64,000 nt of DNA from Bdellovibrionales bacterium (GTDB taxonomy: Bacteria; Bdellovibrionota; Bdellovibrionia; Bdellovibrionales; UBA1609). Below are positions 9,308-18,595 of the stretch, piece by piece. Position 1 is the stretch's first letter. Each line of letters opens with the position of its first letter. The stretch is taken from positions 10,771 through 74,770 of the forward strand of contig JALZUR010000005.1 in NCBI GenBank assembly GCA_023301025.1, in the 5' to 3' direction. The notes beneath the pieces were generated by a model. The model searched no databases and had not been told where the DNA came from. It saw only the letters and a list, made by a program, of their open reading frames with translations. Made by a program: the position numbers and the translations under genes.

Positions 9308-10441
9308 GTGATGATGAATAGATGGTACATTTCAGTTCAATCAAAGGCGAGAGGGCCTTTTTCTGATGGTCAGATTAGAAAAAAGATTCAAATAGGGGAG
9401 CTAGTACCTGAAACCCTGATTTATAGAGAGGGAGATTTAGATTGGCGCCCTCTTAGTCAGCAGAGTTTATGGAGCCCACTGCTAAATGAAGATTTTTTAC
9501 ATACATATGAACCTGAACAAAACTCTAAGATTTGGGTCTTACTTGTTGAAAATCCTTTAAAAAAATCAGACTTTCAGCAGCAGGGGCCTTTTAGACAGTC
9601 TGAAGTAGTTGAAATGTATGACTCTGGTGAAGTACAGCCTACAGATTATGTATGGCGACCGGGAATGGAGAAGTGGTTAGGTCTAAAAAATATGCCAGAG
9701 CTTGTTCTTTCAAGAAAGCCTGCCGTTAATTTTAATAGCAATAAGACAGCATCTACGGTTGAAGCAAAAGACTTAGAAGATAGATCTAGAACACTTTTAA
9801 ATAAAGGCGATAAGACTTCTAAAAAAGTACAATTTCACTATGAGTCCTCTTCAGATGTTCCTGTTTTTATTAGCACCTATAGCTTACCAGAAGTTGAAGA
9901 GCATACGATTGAGAGTCTGAAACCTCCTACAAGAAGCTATGAACCTGACGCTATCGGGATGCTTCCACTGATTTCTGTTAAAAAAGAAAAAAATAGAGAT
10001 CTAATGATCAAGCTTTCACTGGCGCTAGTCTTAGTATCATTTCTTCTTTTATTAGCTTTAGTCATTAGCAGGGTTGATTATAACAACTCTTCATTTTCGA
10101 CTTTAAAGACGAAGACACAAAGTCTTTTTAACTCTATGTTTACTCAAACATTTACTGGAAGCTATCTTATGATAAGCCCTTCACTTATTGATAAAAAACT
10201 TATTGGTTTTCAAACAGATGCAAGTGTTGGTAGTAAAGTTGAAGTGTCAGTGTTAAACTCAGATGGAAAAAAAATTCGCTTAAAGAACTCTTTAGACACA
10301 TCAGCTATTGTAGCAATTGATCCTAAGGGCAGGGCAATATTTGACATTAGTCGGTTTAGGTTAAAGGGCTTTCAAAAGTACACACTTTTTGCAAAAATGG
10401 GTGGACTAAAAGCTAAAAAAAGTGTTCTTTATGTTCCCTAA
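9308..10441 (+). CDS. Tandem GYF_2 (DUF4339) domain membrane protein
   Basis: Two copies of GPF...(I/V)W/Y(R)xG...W (GPFSDGQI..IYREGDLDW; GPFRQSEV..VWRPGMEKW), then a linker, one TM helix and a C-terminal domain. Confidence 0.75.
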   Translation: MMMNRWYISVQSKARGPFSDGQIRKKIQIGELVPETLIYREGDLDWRPLSQQSLWSPLLNEDFLHTYEPEQNSKIWVLLVENPLKKSDFQQQGPFRQSEVVEMYDSGEVQPTDYVWRPGMEKWLGLKNMPELVLSRKPAVNFNSNKTASTVEAKDLEDRSRTLLNKGDKTSKKVQFHYESSSDVPVFISTYSLPEVEEHTIESLKPPTRSYEPDAIGMLPLISVKKEKNRDLMIKLSLALVLVSFLLLLALVISRVDYNNSSFSTLKTKTQSLFNSMFTQTFTGSYLMISPSLIDKKLIGFQTDASVGSKVEVSVLNSDGKKIRLKNSLDTSAIVAIDPKGRAIFDISRFRLKGFQKYTLFAKMGGLKAKKSVLYVP

Positions 10442-10459
10442 CACTTAAGGTCTTTTAAA

Positions 10460-12163
10460 ATGCTAACTAAACATAAAGAAAATCTTGCTTTAAAAATTGC
10501 TCCACTGTTTCCAGACTCTTTTTCTAAAGAAACTGTTCTTGGTTTGTTTGAAAAGCCAAAAAGCAAGGATCATGGTCATCTTAGTCTCCCAGTATTTAGA
10601 CTCTCAAAAGAGCTAAAAAAAAACCCTGCAGAAATTTCAAAAGAGCTTTCTAATAAAATTTCTGATTTAAAAATTAAAGAGATTTTAAAAGTTGATTCTG
10701 TTTCGGGCTTTATAAACTTTACTTGGACTTCGGATTTTTTAAATGATGTTTTAAGATCGTTTATAGAACAAAAAAACTTGGGCTATTCAAGTAGGTACAA
10801 AGGTAAAAAGCTTATTATAGATTACTCAAGTCCTAACGTTGCTAAACCCATGCATGTGGGTCATTTAAGAGCAACTGTTATTGGGCAAGCTGTAAGAAAC
10901 TTAGCAGAGACTCAAGGCTATGAAGTCATTGGGTTAAATCACCTTGGTGATTGGGGCGTTCAGTATGGAAAGCTTGCTTGGGCTTACGGTGAGTGGGGTA
11001 AGAACTATGACTTTGAAAACAAAGCTTTTGAATCATTGTATGCTTTGTATGTAAAGTTTCATGTAGAAGTTGAAAAAAGACCTGAGATACTTGAGGAAGG
11101 ATCAAAAACGTTTAAAAGACTTGAAGAAGGGGATGAACATCTAAAAGACCTTTGGAAAATGTTTATTGATATCTCTTTAAAAGAGTATAATAAAACTTGG
11201 GCACGTCTTGGTGTAAAGCATGATCTAGTTAGGGGCGAGAGTTTTTACTCAGATCGTTTAGCTTCTGTAGTTGAAGAGCTTGATGAAAAAAAGCTTTTAA
11301 CTTTAAGTGAAGGAGCTAAAGTTGTAGAACTTGATGAAAAACGTCCACCCTGTTTAATCACTAAGAGTGATGGTGCTTCTTTGTATGCAACTAGAGATAT
11401 CGCCAGTGCTCAGTACAGAATGATTGAACTTGGCTGTGATGTTAACCTCTATGTTGTTGGGCAAGAGCAAAAACTACACTTTTCACAAGTGTTCTCAGTT
11501 TTAGAAAAGATGAACTACTCGTGGGCAAATGAGTGCCATCATATAGCATTCGGAATGTATAGATTTAAAAATCAAGGAAAAATGTCTTCTAGAAAAGGAC
11601 AGGTGATCTCATTAAATGAAGTTTTAAATCAAGCAGTTGAGATGGTTAAAAAAAGAATTGAAGAAAAAAATCCAGACTTAAAAGATAAAGACACTGTTGC
11701 TGAAACTGTTGGAGTTGGTGCTGTTGTGTTTAACGATCTATTAAATGATAGGGTTAAAGATGTCGAGTTTGATTGGGATAAGCTTACAGATTTTGAAGGA
11801 GATAGTGGTCCATACATTCAGTACAGTGCTGTGAGGTCAAAAAGTTTACTTAAAAAATCTGGTGCCAAAGGTTACAATGCTGTGGTTGATTTAACTGAGC
11901 CTAGTGAAATTGCTTTGATCAATCATCTTCTTGACTATGAAAATATTTTATCTCTTTCGTTTAAGAGTTTTAAGCCTAACTACCTTGCTAATTATTTATT
12001 GGATCTATCAAAATCCTTTTCAAGCTTTTACGGCAAGTGCCCAATTTTATCGGCTAAGACTGAAGAGCTAAAACAAACAAGACTCCACTTAGTGGAGTCT
12101 TACTTAAAGGTTTTAACTCTAGGACTTAGTGTTTTAAATATCAAAGTCCCTGATGAGATGTGA
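10460..12163 (+). CDS. argS: Arginine--tRNA ligase
   Basis: IDYSSPNVAKPMHVGHLR, NHLGDWG, KSDGASLYATRD, KMSSRKG, EGDSGPYIQY, VPDEM C-terminus. Confidence 0.97.
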   Translation: MLTKHKENLALKIAPLFPDSFSKETVLGLFEKPKSKDHGHLSLPVFRLSKELKKNPAEISKELSNKISDLKIKEILKVDSVSGFINFTWTSDFLNDVLRSFIEQKNLGYSSRYKGKKLIIDYSSPNVAKPMHVGHLRATVIGQAVRNLAETQGYEVIGLNHLGDWGVQYGKLAWAYGEWGKNYDFENKAFESLYALYVKFHVEVEKRPEILEEGSKTFKRLEEGDEHLKDLWKMFIDISLKEYNKTWARLGVKHDLVRGESFYSDRLASVVEELDEKKLLTLSEGAKVVELDEKRPPCLITKSDGASLYATRDIASAQYRMIELGCDVNLYVVGQEQKLHFSQVFSVLEKMNYSWANECHHIAFGMYRFKNQGKMSSRKGQVISLNEVLNQAVEMVKKRIEEKNPDLKDKDTVAETVGVGAVVFNDLLNDRVKDVEFDWDKLTDFEGDSGPYIQYSAVRSKSLLKKSGAKGYNAVVDLTEPSEIALINHLLDYENILSLSFKSFKPNYLANYLLDLSKSFSSFYGKCPILSAKTEELKQTRLHLVESYLKVLTLGLSVLNIKVPDEM

Positions 12164-12790
12164 CTAGTGATGAATTATATCGTGTACTACACCATTTGCA
12201 ATGGCGTTTATTAAAACTAAAGCAATGTTTTCTTCAAAAGATAGACCAGAAGAGTTTGAAGCATTTGAGTAGTCATAGTAAACAACACCATTTAGAGTGT
12301 ATAAGTTTCTGTCATTTCTATCGATACAAATAATTCTATATCCATTGTCTTCATAGTTACGGTTGTTTGATTCATACTGAACAGGGTTACTGTTGTATCT
12401 TCCTTGATCTCTAGCATTTAGTATATCATTGTTACCGTTGTGACAGTTAGCTCCACCAGTAGTTGAAACACATGTGTTTGTTGTAAGACTCCAACCAAAA
12501 CCACCTTCAAAATTTGATTGAGTACGAGTATTTACTTCTCTTGAACCATCTTGCCCAGCGATTCTTGCAGCCACTTGGCCTGATGGACAATTGTAATTTC
12601 CATTATTGAAATCAGGGTTGTTAACACTAGATTTACATTGTGTTCTGTTGTTAAGACTCAAGTACCACCTCTTATCCTCAAAGTCATAATATGAACCTTC
12701 AGTACAGGCTGGGTGAGTTGTTGCGCTTTTTTTATCTCCGCAAGCATTGAGAATTACTAAGCTTAAAAGTGCTAAAATAATTTTTTTCAT
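12164..12790 (-). CDS. Orphan lipoprotein, Asn/Gly/Cys-rich
   Basis: Lipobox ILNAC, SD GAGGT, 208 aa; abuts the argS stop with no gap. Confidence 0.8.
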   Translation of the reverse strand: MKKIILALLSLVILNACGDKKSATTHPACTEGSYYDFEDKRWYLSLNNRTQCKSSVNNPDFNNGNYNCPSGQVAARIAGQDGSREVNTRTQSNFEGGFGWSLTTNTCVSTTGGANCHNGNNDILNARDQGRYNSNPVQYESNNRNYEDNGYRIICIDRNDRNLYTLNGVVYYDYSNASNSSGLSFEENIALVLINAIANGVVHDIIHH

Positions 12791-12812
12791 AGTTTTTACC
12801 TCTACACTGATA

Positions 12813-12830
12813 AAGCAAGGGGCATGCCAA
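12813..12830 (-). promoter_or_regulatory. Sigma54 -24/-12 promoter for the 12790 lipoprotein gene
   Basis: Minus strand reads TTGGCATGCCCCTTGCTT = GG-N10-GC; predicted +1 near 12803, just upstream of the SD. Confidence 0.75.
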
Positions 12831-12960
12831 AAAAATAGTTTAATAAATTTTCTAATAGACTCTATAAAAGCAAAAATATGAACTACAACCAGCTGTATTG
12901 TGTTGTTTTAACAATTTTCGCTAAACCTGTGACAAAAACTGTCACCTCTGATTAAAGAAA

Positions 12961-12990
12961 AAAAAACCTGAGTCATTGTCTCAGGTTTTT
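12961..12990. terminator. Intrinsic terminator, symmetric (bidirectional-type)
   Basis: AAAAAACCTGAG-tcattgt-CTCAGGTTTTT, about 75 bp downstream of the 13065 stop. Confidence 0.75.
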
Positions 12991-13064
12991 AGTTAACGGT
13001 GCTTTATGATTTAAAAGCTTATAGATATAGGTGGGTGTAATTTGAAATTTGAATTGTTTAAAGC

Positions 13065-13478
13065 TTATTTAATGCTTTTTTTAACTTCATTATCTGTCTT
13101 CTTAACCTCTTCTGTCTTGGAATTTCCTAAAACAGCAGATGTAGCTTCAGTTAAATCGGCTACTAGTTTTTGGTACAAAGAACTTGTTATAAAGCCTTCA
13201 GAAAATGCAGCACATTTTATAGCTACATTGTCTTTCTTTTGAGTTTCAGTTAATTTTAGTTCTCCAGTTTCAGCGTAACCTTCAAAAGTTTTTGCAGTTT
13301 TGTAAGAAATTTCATAATTTTCAGTGTCAGATAAAGCAAACTCTATATAAGGCAAAATATTAAAGTGTGACTTACACGCTTCAATTCTTTTTTTCTGTAG
13401 TTCATTAAAATTAGTCGCATCAGCATTTGCAACTGAACTGAGTGATAGTAGAGTTATTAATAGTAAATTTATTTTCAT
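13065..13478 (-). CDS. Small secreted hypothetical protein
   Basis: Signal peptide ending SVANA, two Cys, SD AAGGCGG. Confidence 0.75.
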   Translation of the reverse strand: MKINLLLITLLSLSSVANADATNFNELQKKRIEACKSHFNILPYIEFALSDTENYEISYKTAKTFEGYAETGELKLTETQKKDNVAIKCAAFSEGFITSSLYQKLVADLTEATSAVLGNSKTEEVKKTDNEVKKSIK

Positions 13479-13533
13479 AATTCTTTTCCGCCTTAAAATT
13501 TAAGAATCAGTTCTAACTGATACTTAAGAGATA

Positions 13534-13551
13534 AAGCAAAAAATATGCCAA
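13534..13551 (-). promoter_or_regulatory. Sigma54 -24/-12 promoter for the 13478 gene
   Basis: Minus strand reads TTGGCATATTTTTTGCTT = GG-N10-GC. Confidence 0.75.
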
Positions 13552-13554
13552 AAA

Positions 13555-14589
13555 TTAGTGTTTTACAGTTAAGACAAGTTTACCTGTTGTTTGACGACTC
13601 TGTATGAGTCTATGTGCTTCTCCGACATTTTCAAAATCAACTTCTGTTACAGGAATAGGTTTAATTTTACCTTCTAAAAGTAGTGAGTTTAGTCCATCAA
13701 TACATTCTTTTATAAGATCTTTTTCATCTAAGAGGTAGCTGATGTTAAAGCCTACAACACCTTTATTAGTGGTTATAAAGTCCATTGGGTTAAACTTTGG
13801 AGTTTTAAAAAGTCCTAAAGCTGCTTTGAAGTAATTTAAGTTTCCTTTTTCTGATATAAAATCATGAGCACCGTAAACGATGAGTTTTCCGGTTGAACAT
13901 AGATGCTTGTAAGATTCAGACACTGTTTTATATCCATTAGCATCAAAGATGGCGTTATAGCCCTTTGGCGAAAACTCCTTAGCTTTTATCCATAGATCTT
14001 GTGTAGATTTGTCAATAATCTCATCAGGTGAAAACTGCTCAAGGTACTTTCTTTTATGACTAGAGCCTATAACACCAACTGTGTAAAAGCCTTTAGCTTT
14101 ACAAAGTTGAACAAGAGCAGAGCCCACGCCACCTGCGGCAGAATGAATTAGGACTCGAGATGATTTTGGTAAAAATACATGATGGTTTAGCGCATGAAAA
14201 GCTGTAAAAAAAACTGCTGCAAAGCCTGAAGCTTCGTTAATACTAAAGCCTTCAGGAATGGGCATGACTTGATCTTCAGGTACACAAACTTGTGTGGCGT
14301 AGGCGTTAAACCTAGTAAATGCTAAAACCTTTTGTCCAACTTTAAAGTTTTTAGTGCCTCCTCCAACTTTAATAACTTCACCTGAAACTTCAAAGCCAGG
14401 TGTTATAGGCCAACCAACGTATTTTTTAGCGCTTGAGTAAACACCAAGTCGTACACAAACGTCAGCAAAATTTACTCCAATAGCTTTAACTTTTATTAAA
14501 ACCTCTTGTTCAGATGGTTTAAGGTCAGGGAAGTCTTTAATTATCAATTTGTCAAAAGAGCCAGGCCCTTCAACTACAACTTTTTGCAT
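13555..14589 (-). CDS. MDR-family NAD(P)H:quinone oxidoreductase (VAT-1/zeta-crystallin-like)
   Basis: GVNFAD, TPGFEVSG, VLIHSAAGGVG, STGKLIVYG, TTGKLVL; no Zn-binding Cys cluster. Confidence 0.85.
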   Translation of the reverse strand: MQKVVVEGPGSFDKLIIKDFPDLKPSEQEVLIKVKAIGVNFADVCVRLGVYSSAKKYVGWPITPGFEVSGEVIKVGGGTKNFKVGQKVLAFTRFNAYATQVCVPEDQVMPIPEGFSINEASGFAAVFFTAFHALNHHVFLPKSSRVLIHSAAGGVGSALVQLCKAKGFYTVGVIGSSHKRKYLEQFSPDEIIDKSTQDLWIKAKEFSPKGYNAIFDANGYKTVSESYKHLCSTGKLIVYGAHDFISEKGNLNYFKAALGLFKTPKFNPMDFITTNKGVVGFNISYLLDEKDLIKECIDGLNSLLLEGKIKPIPVTEVDFENVGEAHRLIQSRQTTGKLVLTVKH

Positions 14590-14606
14590 TGCTCAATCCT
14601 TTTAAG

Positions 14607-17105
14607 CTATTGTTTTTGTAATGATTCAACAATACTGGCACAGCCGCCACAGCCAGATCCTGCTTTTTCAGATCCACTTGTTTCATTAAGGATCTGGCCC
14701 TTAGTGACTGACATGCATCTACAAATAATTTCATCAGCATCGACAACTTTTTCGGTTGTGTATTTAATATTTGATGTTTCTGTATCATCTACAGCTTGAA
14801 AGTGTTCTACAACAATTTGACTTCTATCTACTCCAAGTTTTTTTAAGTCTTCAGTTATAGATGATATCATCTTAGGTGGTGCTACTAAATAATAAACAGT
14901 ATCAGCTTTAGAGCTTTCAACAAGTCTTTCTAGATCTGAAAAACTAAGTCTATTTGATTTACTAAGATTTTTTTTGTTAGTGGTGTAGAACTCAACACTA
15001 AAAAAATCACTAAATTCTGAATGGATGTTTAGAAATTCGTCATAAAATAGAGGGCTTCCAGAAGTGCTTGATACTAGGTGTATAGGCCTTTTAAAAATTT
15101 TACTATCTGCATATTTTTGAATTACGCTTCTAATGGGTGTTATACCTACACCTCCAGCAATCATTACTGCAGGCTTATTGGCTCTAAAATTAAGACCAGC
15201 CGTCCCAGTTAATCTTTTCACTGAAATTGAAAAATCTGTACGATTCATAGAACTTAAGTAGTTTTTAAAAGCACTGTCAGATCTTCTATACACAAATTCT
15301 AAAAGTTGTGAATTAGGTCTGTTGGCTAAAGAAAACACGCGTGTTGCATTTTCAGGACTAAGCTCAGTATCTTGAAGTGTTAAAGATAGGGCATCTCCTG
15401 CCTCTAATGGGAAAAGATCTGGTCGCTCTAAAGTTAGTTTTATATATTCTGTGTTTTCTAAAGTTTCAATTGAATGAACCTTCATTAAAGCTTCAGTTTC
15501 TTTTGGTACTATATTAAATCCTTCTAAAGGACTTATAAAAAAGACTTTAAGAGACTCATTTCTAACTATGCTGTTGTTCATGATTTGATAGTCACGAAGA
15601 TTTTCTTTTAAAGATTTTTTTACTAAAACTAGATCTTTTTTATCAACTGCAAAACCAAAATTTGCATGAAGATCCACAACAGTAAGACCTTTTATGTCAG
15701 ATAAGATCTTATCACTTTCGGGTGTATCATAGGTTTCTGCACCTTTAAATAGATTATATTTTTTACGAATCAAGGTGTATAAAAATTTGTGATGTTTCAC
15801 TTCAAAGTCTTCTAACTCGAAGGCTTTATCTCTGTCTTTTTTAGTCCAATCACCTATGTTTTTACGAACACCTTCTCTTTCTTGAATAAGTTCAAACATG
15901 GCTTGTTTGTCGAAACCTTTAAAAGCAGGAGCTTCGTCTACATCTTGAAGAGCAATTTCAGTTTCATAAATTTTCCTTAAAGATTTTAGTGGAACACTTT
16001 TTAGATAGTCTCTAATGAGAATCTCATACTGCACATGAATGTAGGTGAACTCTAAAAAAGTTAAAACAAAAGAATCAGGTTTTGAATTTGAGCTTGTACT
16101 TTTATCTCCAATTTCTTCTTTCAGTTTTTGCAGCATGACCTTTAAACGGTGATTGTAGTTGTCACCTTTTAAGTATTTATATAGACCACCGAATATTGCC
16201 TGATGTTTTATCTCATCTTTGATGAGTTCTAACACCCAACGTTGAGCACTGCCTTTGGAGTGTATGAAGAGCCAAATATAGGCCGATGCTGCATGCCACT
16301 CTGTATCGCTTCTAGATATTAAATGAAAGTATGCATCTTTCATACTAAAGGGATCTAAACCTTCATAGGCTGTAAAATCTTCCTCTCTTGTATCAACTTG
16401 GCCATTTGGATCAATTCTATTTGCAAGTTTTTGTAATACGCCTTCATGACGTGCCTCTTCGTCACACCACGGGTTAGAACAGTATTCAGGTGTTGGAACC
16501 TCATCTATTAGTTCTTCAATCTCTTTTCTAGAAAAGCCATCTAAACTTTCACCTCTATCCATAATTTTTTGTATGGACTGGGTAAAAGTTTTCCCCATAA
16601 ATCTTGCAGCTTGAGGAGATAGGGCTTGAAGAGTGTGACCGCTATTATCAGAGTATGCTTTTATTGGGGCCTCAATTGCTTCAGCTAACCGAGCAACCTT
16701 AGCCCAGTCTTTAGGGCTAACTGCAACAATGTCATCGCTTGTTACAGATTCAAAATCACTTTTTTCTTCATCCCAACTTCTTAGAGACGATTCACTTAAT
16801 CCAAAACGTAAATGACCTAAAAGATCAAAAACATGTTTATCTAAATTTGAAGGTGTAATTAAATCGTTTAACTGTGAGCTTGCAATAGCAAGGGAGTGTC
16901 TAAGATTTTTAAGTTGTGATCTTTTGTTTTGTTTACTCTCAGTAAGAGGTTTAGCTTTACTTTCTGCTACTAATGAGACGGTATTTTTTGATCTTGCAAC
17001 AGTTTGAGACAGATACTCATTACATGTATTTGCGTATAAATTTTTAGTGGTAAACAGTAAACTTAAAAGGATTATTTTTTTTAAATAAGATTTATCAGTT
17101 AGCAT
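14607..17105 (-). CDS. Fusion of a ferritin-like diiron domain, an FNR-type FAD/NAD(P)H reductase and a BFD-like [2Fe-2S] domain, with an N-terminal signal-like peptide
   Basis: IEAPIKAY, WCDEEARH, TEWHAASAY, KDEIKH (diiron ligand pattern); RVFSL, IAGGVGITP, VEHF (FNR family); CRC...CGGC (BFD). Confidence 0.75.
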   Translation of the reverse strand: MLTDKSYLKKIILLSLLFTTKNLYANTCNEYLSQTVARSKNTVSLVAESKAKPLTESKQNKRSQLKNLRHSLAIASSQLNDLITPSNLDKHVFDLLGHLRFGLSESSLRSWDEEKSDFESVTSDDIVAVSPKDWAKVARLAEAIEAPIKAYSDNSGHTLQALSPQAARFMGKTFTQSIQKIMDRGESLDGFSRKEIEELIDEVPTPEYCSNPWCDEEARHEGVLQKLANRIDPNGQVDTREEDFTAYEGLDPFSMKDAYFHLISRSDTEWHAASAYIWLFIHSKGSAQRWVLELIKDEIKHQAIFGGLYKYLKGDNYNHRLKVMLQKLKEEIGDKSTSSNSKPDSFVLTFLEFTYIHVQYEILIRDYLKSVPLKSLRKIYETEIALQDVDEAPAFKGFDKQAMFELIQEREGVRKNIGDWTKKDRDKAFELEDFEVKHHKFLYTLIRKKYNLFKGAETYDTPESDKILSDIKGLTVVDLHANFGFAVDKKDLVLVKKSLKENLRDYQIMNNSIVRNESLKVFFISPLEGFNIVPKETEALMKVHSIETLENTEYIKLTLERPDLFPLEAGDALSLTLQDTELSPENATRVFSLANRPNSQLLEFVYRRSDSAFKNYLSSMNRTDFSISVKRLTGTAGLNFRANKPAVMIAGGVGITPIRSVIQKYADSKIFKRPIHLVSSTSGSPLFYDEFLNIHSEFSDFFSVEFYTTNKKNLSKSNRLSFSDLERLVESSKADTVYYLVAPPKMISSITEDLKKLGVDRSQIVVEHFQAVDDTETSNIKYTTEKVVDADEIICRCMSVTKGQILNETSGSEKAGSGCGGCASIVESLQKQ

Positions 17106-17311
17106 TCGTAGTGTCCCCCCGGATTAGAGCAAATTCTGATAGTTATTAAGTCTTGTCAAATAGCTTAGACTTAAGCTCAAAACAGCTTAGTTTTTTAGAT
17201 AAAAGCTATAAAGATTCTGAAAAATGATTGTTAAACAAGCTACAACTGTCATCTTTTTTGACAGTAAAGGCTTAAATCTTAGTCTCTTCTGCATGTCTAT
17301 GGTATTTGGTT

Positions 17312-17327
17312 TGGCAAGCTTTTTGTA
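17312..17327 (+). promoter_or_regulatory. Possible sigma54 promoter (GT variant at -12) for the 17339 lipoprotein gene
   Basis: TGGCAAGCTTTTTGTA = GG-N10-GT; one mismatch to consensus at -12. Confidence 0.45.
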
Positions 17328-17338
17328 TTGTATAGGAT

Positions 17339-18298
17339 ATGAAAAACCTAATTTTAACTGCCATTATTGTGCCTACGTTACTTATTCTTTCGGCCTGTTC
17401 TGATATTCAAGATCATAATCTTGTAGATAACAGTTCTGAGGTAGAGTTTTACGATCTTACTGGTGTCTATAGAACTGTGATTGAGCAAAATGCAGTAGTT
17501 CCTTCTGTGACTTCCATCCAGATCAACACTGGAATTAGTACAAATGATGCAAGTCTTCAGATGTTTAGAAATGGTTTAGGTTACAATGAGGTGCAGTTTT
17601 TTTCAGATCTTGATTTATTAGATTCGGCTGACTCAACATTTGGAAGAGAACTTAGCTTTACAGAACTCAGAGATGGTGAAATTAGTAAGAACAGTGTAAA
17701 CTCTGAAGGTGTTTCAGAGCTTGATCTTTGTACGACAAGTAAATCATTAAATGACCTGTTACTAGAGTTTTATCACTGTATAGAGATCACTAAAGAATTA
17801 GACAGTGACATTTTAGACGGTAGATTGATGCTTCATATTTTAGATCAAGGTGTAGAACTTGCTCCTGTTGAAATTGAATACTCTTTATTTGAAAAAGATA
17901 GGCTTTCTGTTGATTACTTTGGAAATTGGAGTGGTGAAGTTACAAAGCAGAGTAATTACTTTTATGATTTAGAGCTTTTCTCAGGTAATGATTTTTTAAT
18001 CACTTTTCAACCTGTAAATGTAGCAGATTATATTTTAAGACCCTATGATGTGAATCATACTGTTAAAATAGCAGATGAAACCTTTGTTTTTGAGCCTGTA
18101 AATCGTCCTTTATCTGAGCTTGAGCAAAATGCTAACCCCTTTGTAAACTTTGATTTTGTCTCAGAACAAGACGGCTCAAGGCGTATAAGATTTAATAGCA
18201 GTGTTGTAAGACTTGGTAGAATTGAGGGGAATATTCAATTAATTTTACCAAATGGAAGTACAGAGCTTTTGGCTACCTATTGGTTAGAAAAAAACTAG
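17339..18298 (+). CDS. Orphan lipoprotein, acidic and beta-rich
   Basis: Lipobox ILSAC; 319 aa. Confidence 0.8.
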   Translation: MKNLILTAIIVPTLLILSACSDIQDHNLVDNSSEVEFYDLTGVYRTVIEQNAVVPSVTSIQINTGISTNDASLQMFRNGLGYNEVQFFSDLDLLDSADSTFGRELSFTELRDGEISKNSVNSEGVSELDLCTTSKSLNDLLLEFYHCIEITKELDSDILDGRLMLHILDQGVELAPVEIEYSLFEKDRLSVDYFGNWSGEVTKQSNYFYDLELFSGNDFLITFQPVNVADYILRPYDVNHTVKIADETFVFEPVNRPLSELEQNANPFVNFDFVSEQDGSRRIRFNSSVVRLGRIEGNIQLILPNGSTELLATYWLEKN

Positions 18299-18334
18299 AT
18301 TTAATTAAATAAATCACCGATAATTACAATAGTA

Positions 18335-18577
18335 ATGAAGAAAAAAATGCCACTATTAATCTTTTGTTTAGTGACCCTTAGCTGTGGGCTAGTGTTTTCT
18401 ATGATAAGCTCTACGCAGTCTTCACAGGATAAGGTCCTAGAGAGCAGAATAGAAGTTATCAAATCAAAGTTGGGTAGAGCAAAAGCTCTTAAGAAGAAGG
18501 CTTTGATGAAAGAACTGGCAGAGCTTGAAAATAAGCTTACAGAAAGTTCTAGCGCAGATCGTAAAGATTCAAAGTAA
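18335..18577 (+). CDS. Small membrane-anchored or secreted hypothetical protein
   Basis: Hydrophobic N-terminus followed by a short coiled coil; fits the intergenic gap. Confidence 0.6.
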   Translation: MKKKMPLLIFCLVTLSCGLVFSMISSTQSSQDKVLESRIEVIKSKLGRAKALKKKALMKELAELENKLTESSSADRKDSK

Positions 18578-18595
18578 GTTATAAAGTCTTATAGG

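Noticed and set aside
12161-12166. argS and the lipoprotein gene meet stop-to-stop with no gap or terminator
   Set aside because: Tight convergent packing is common; no evidence of antisense regulation from sequence alone.
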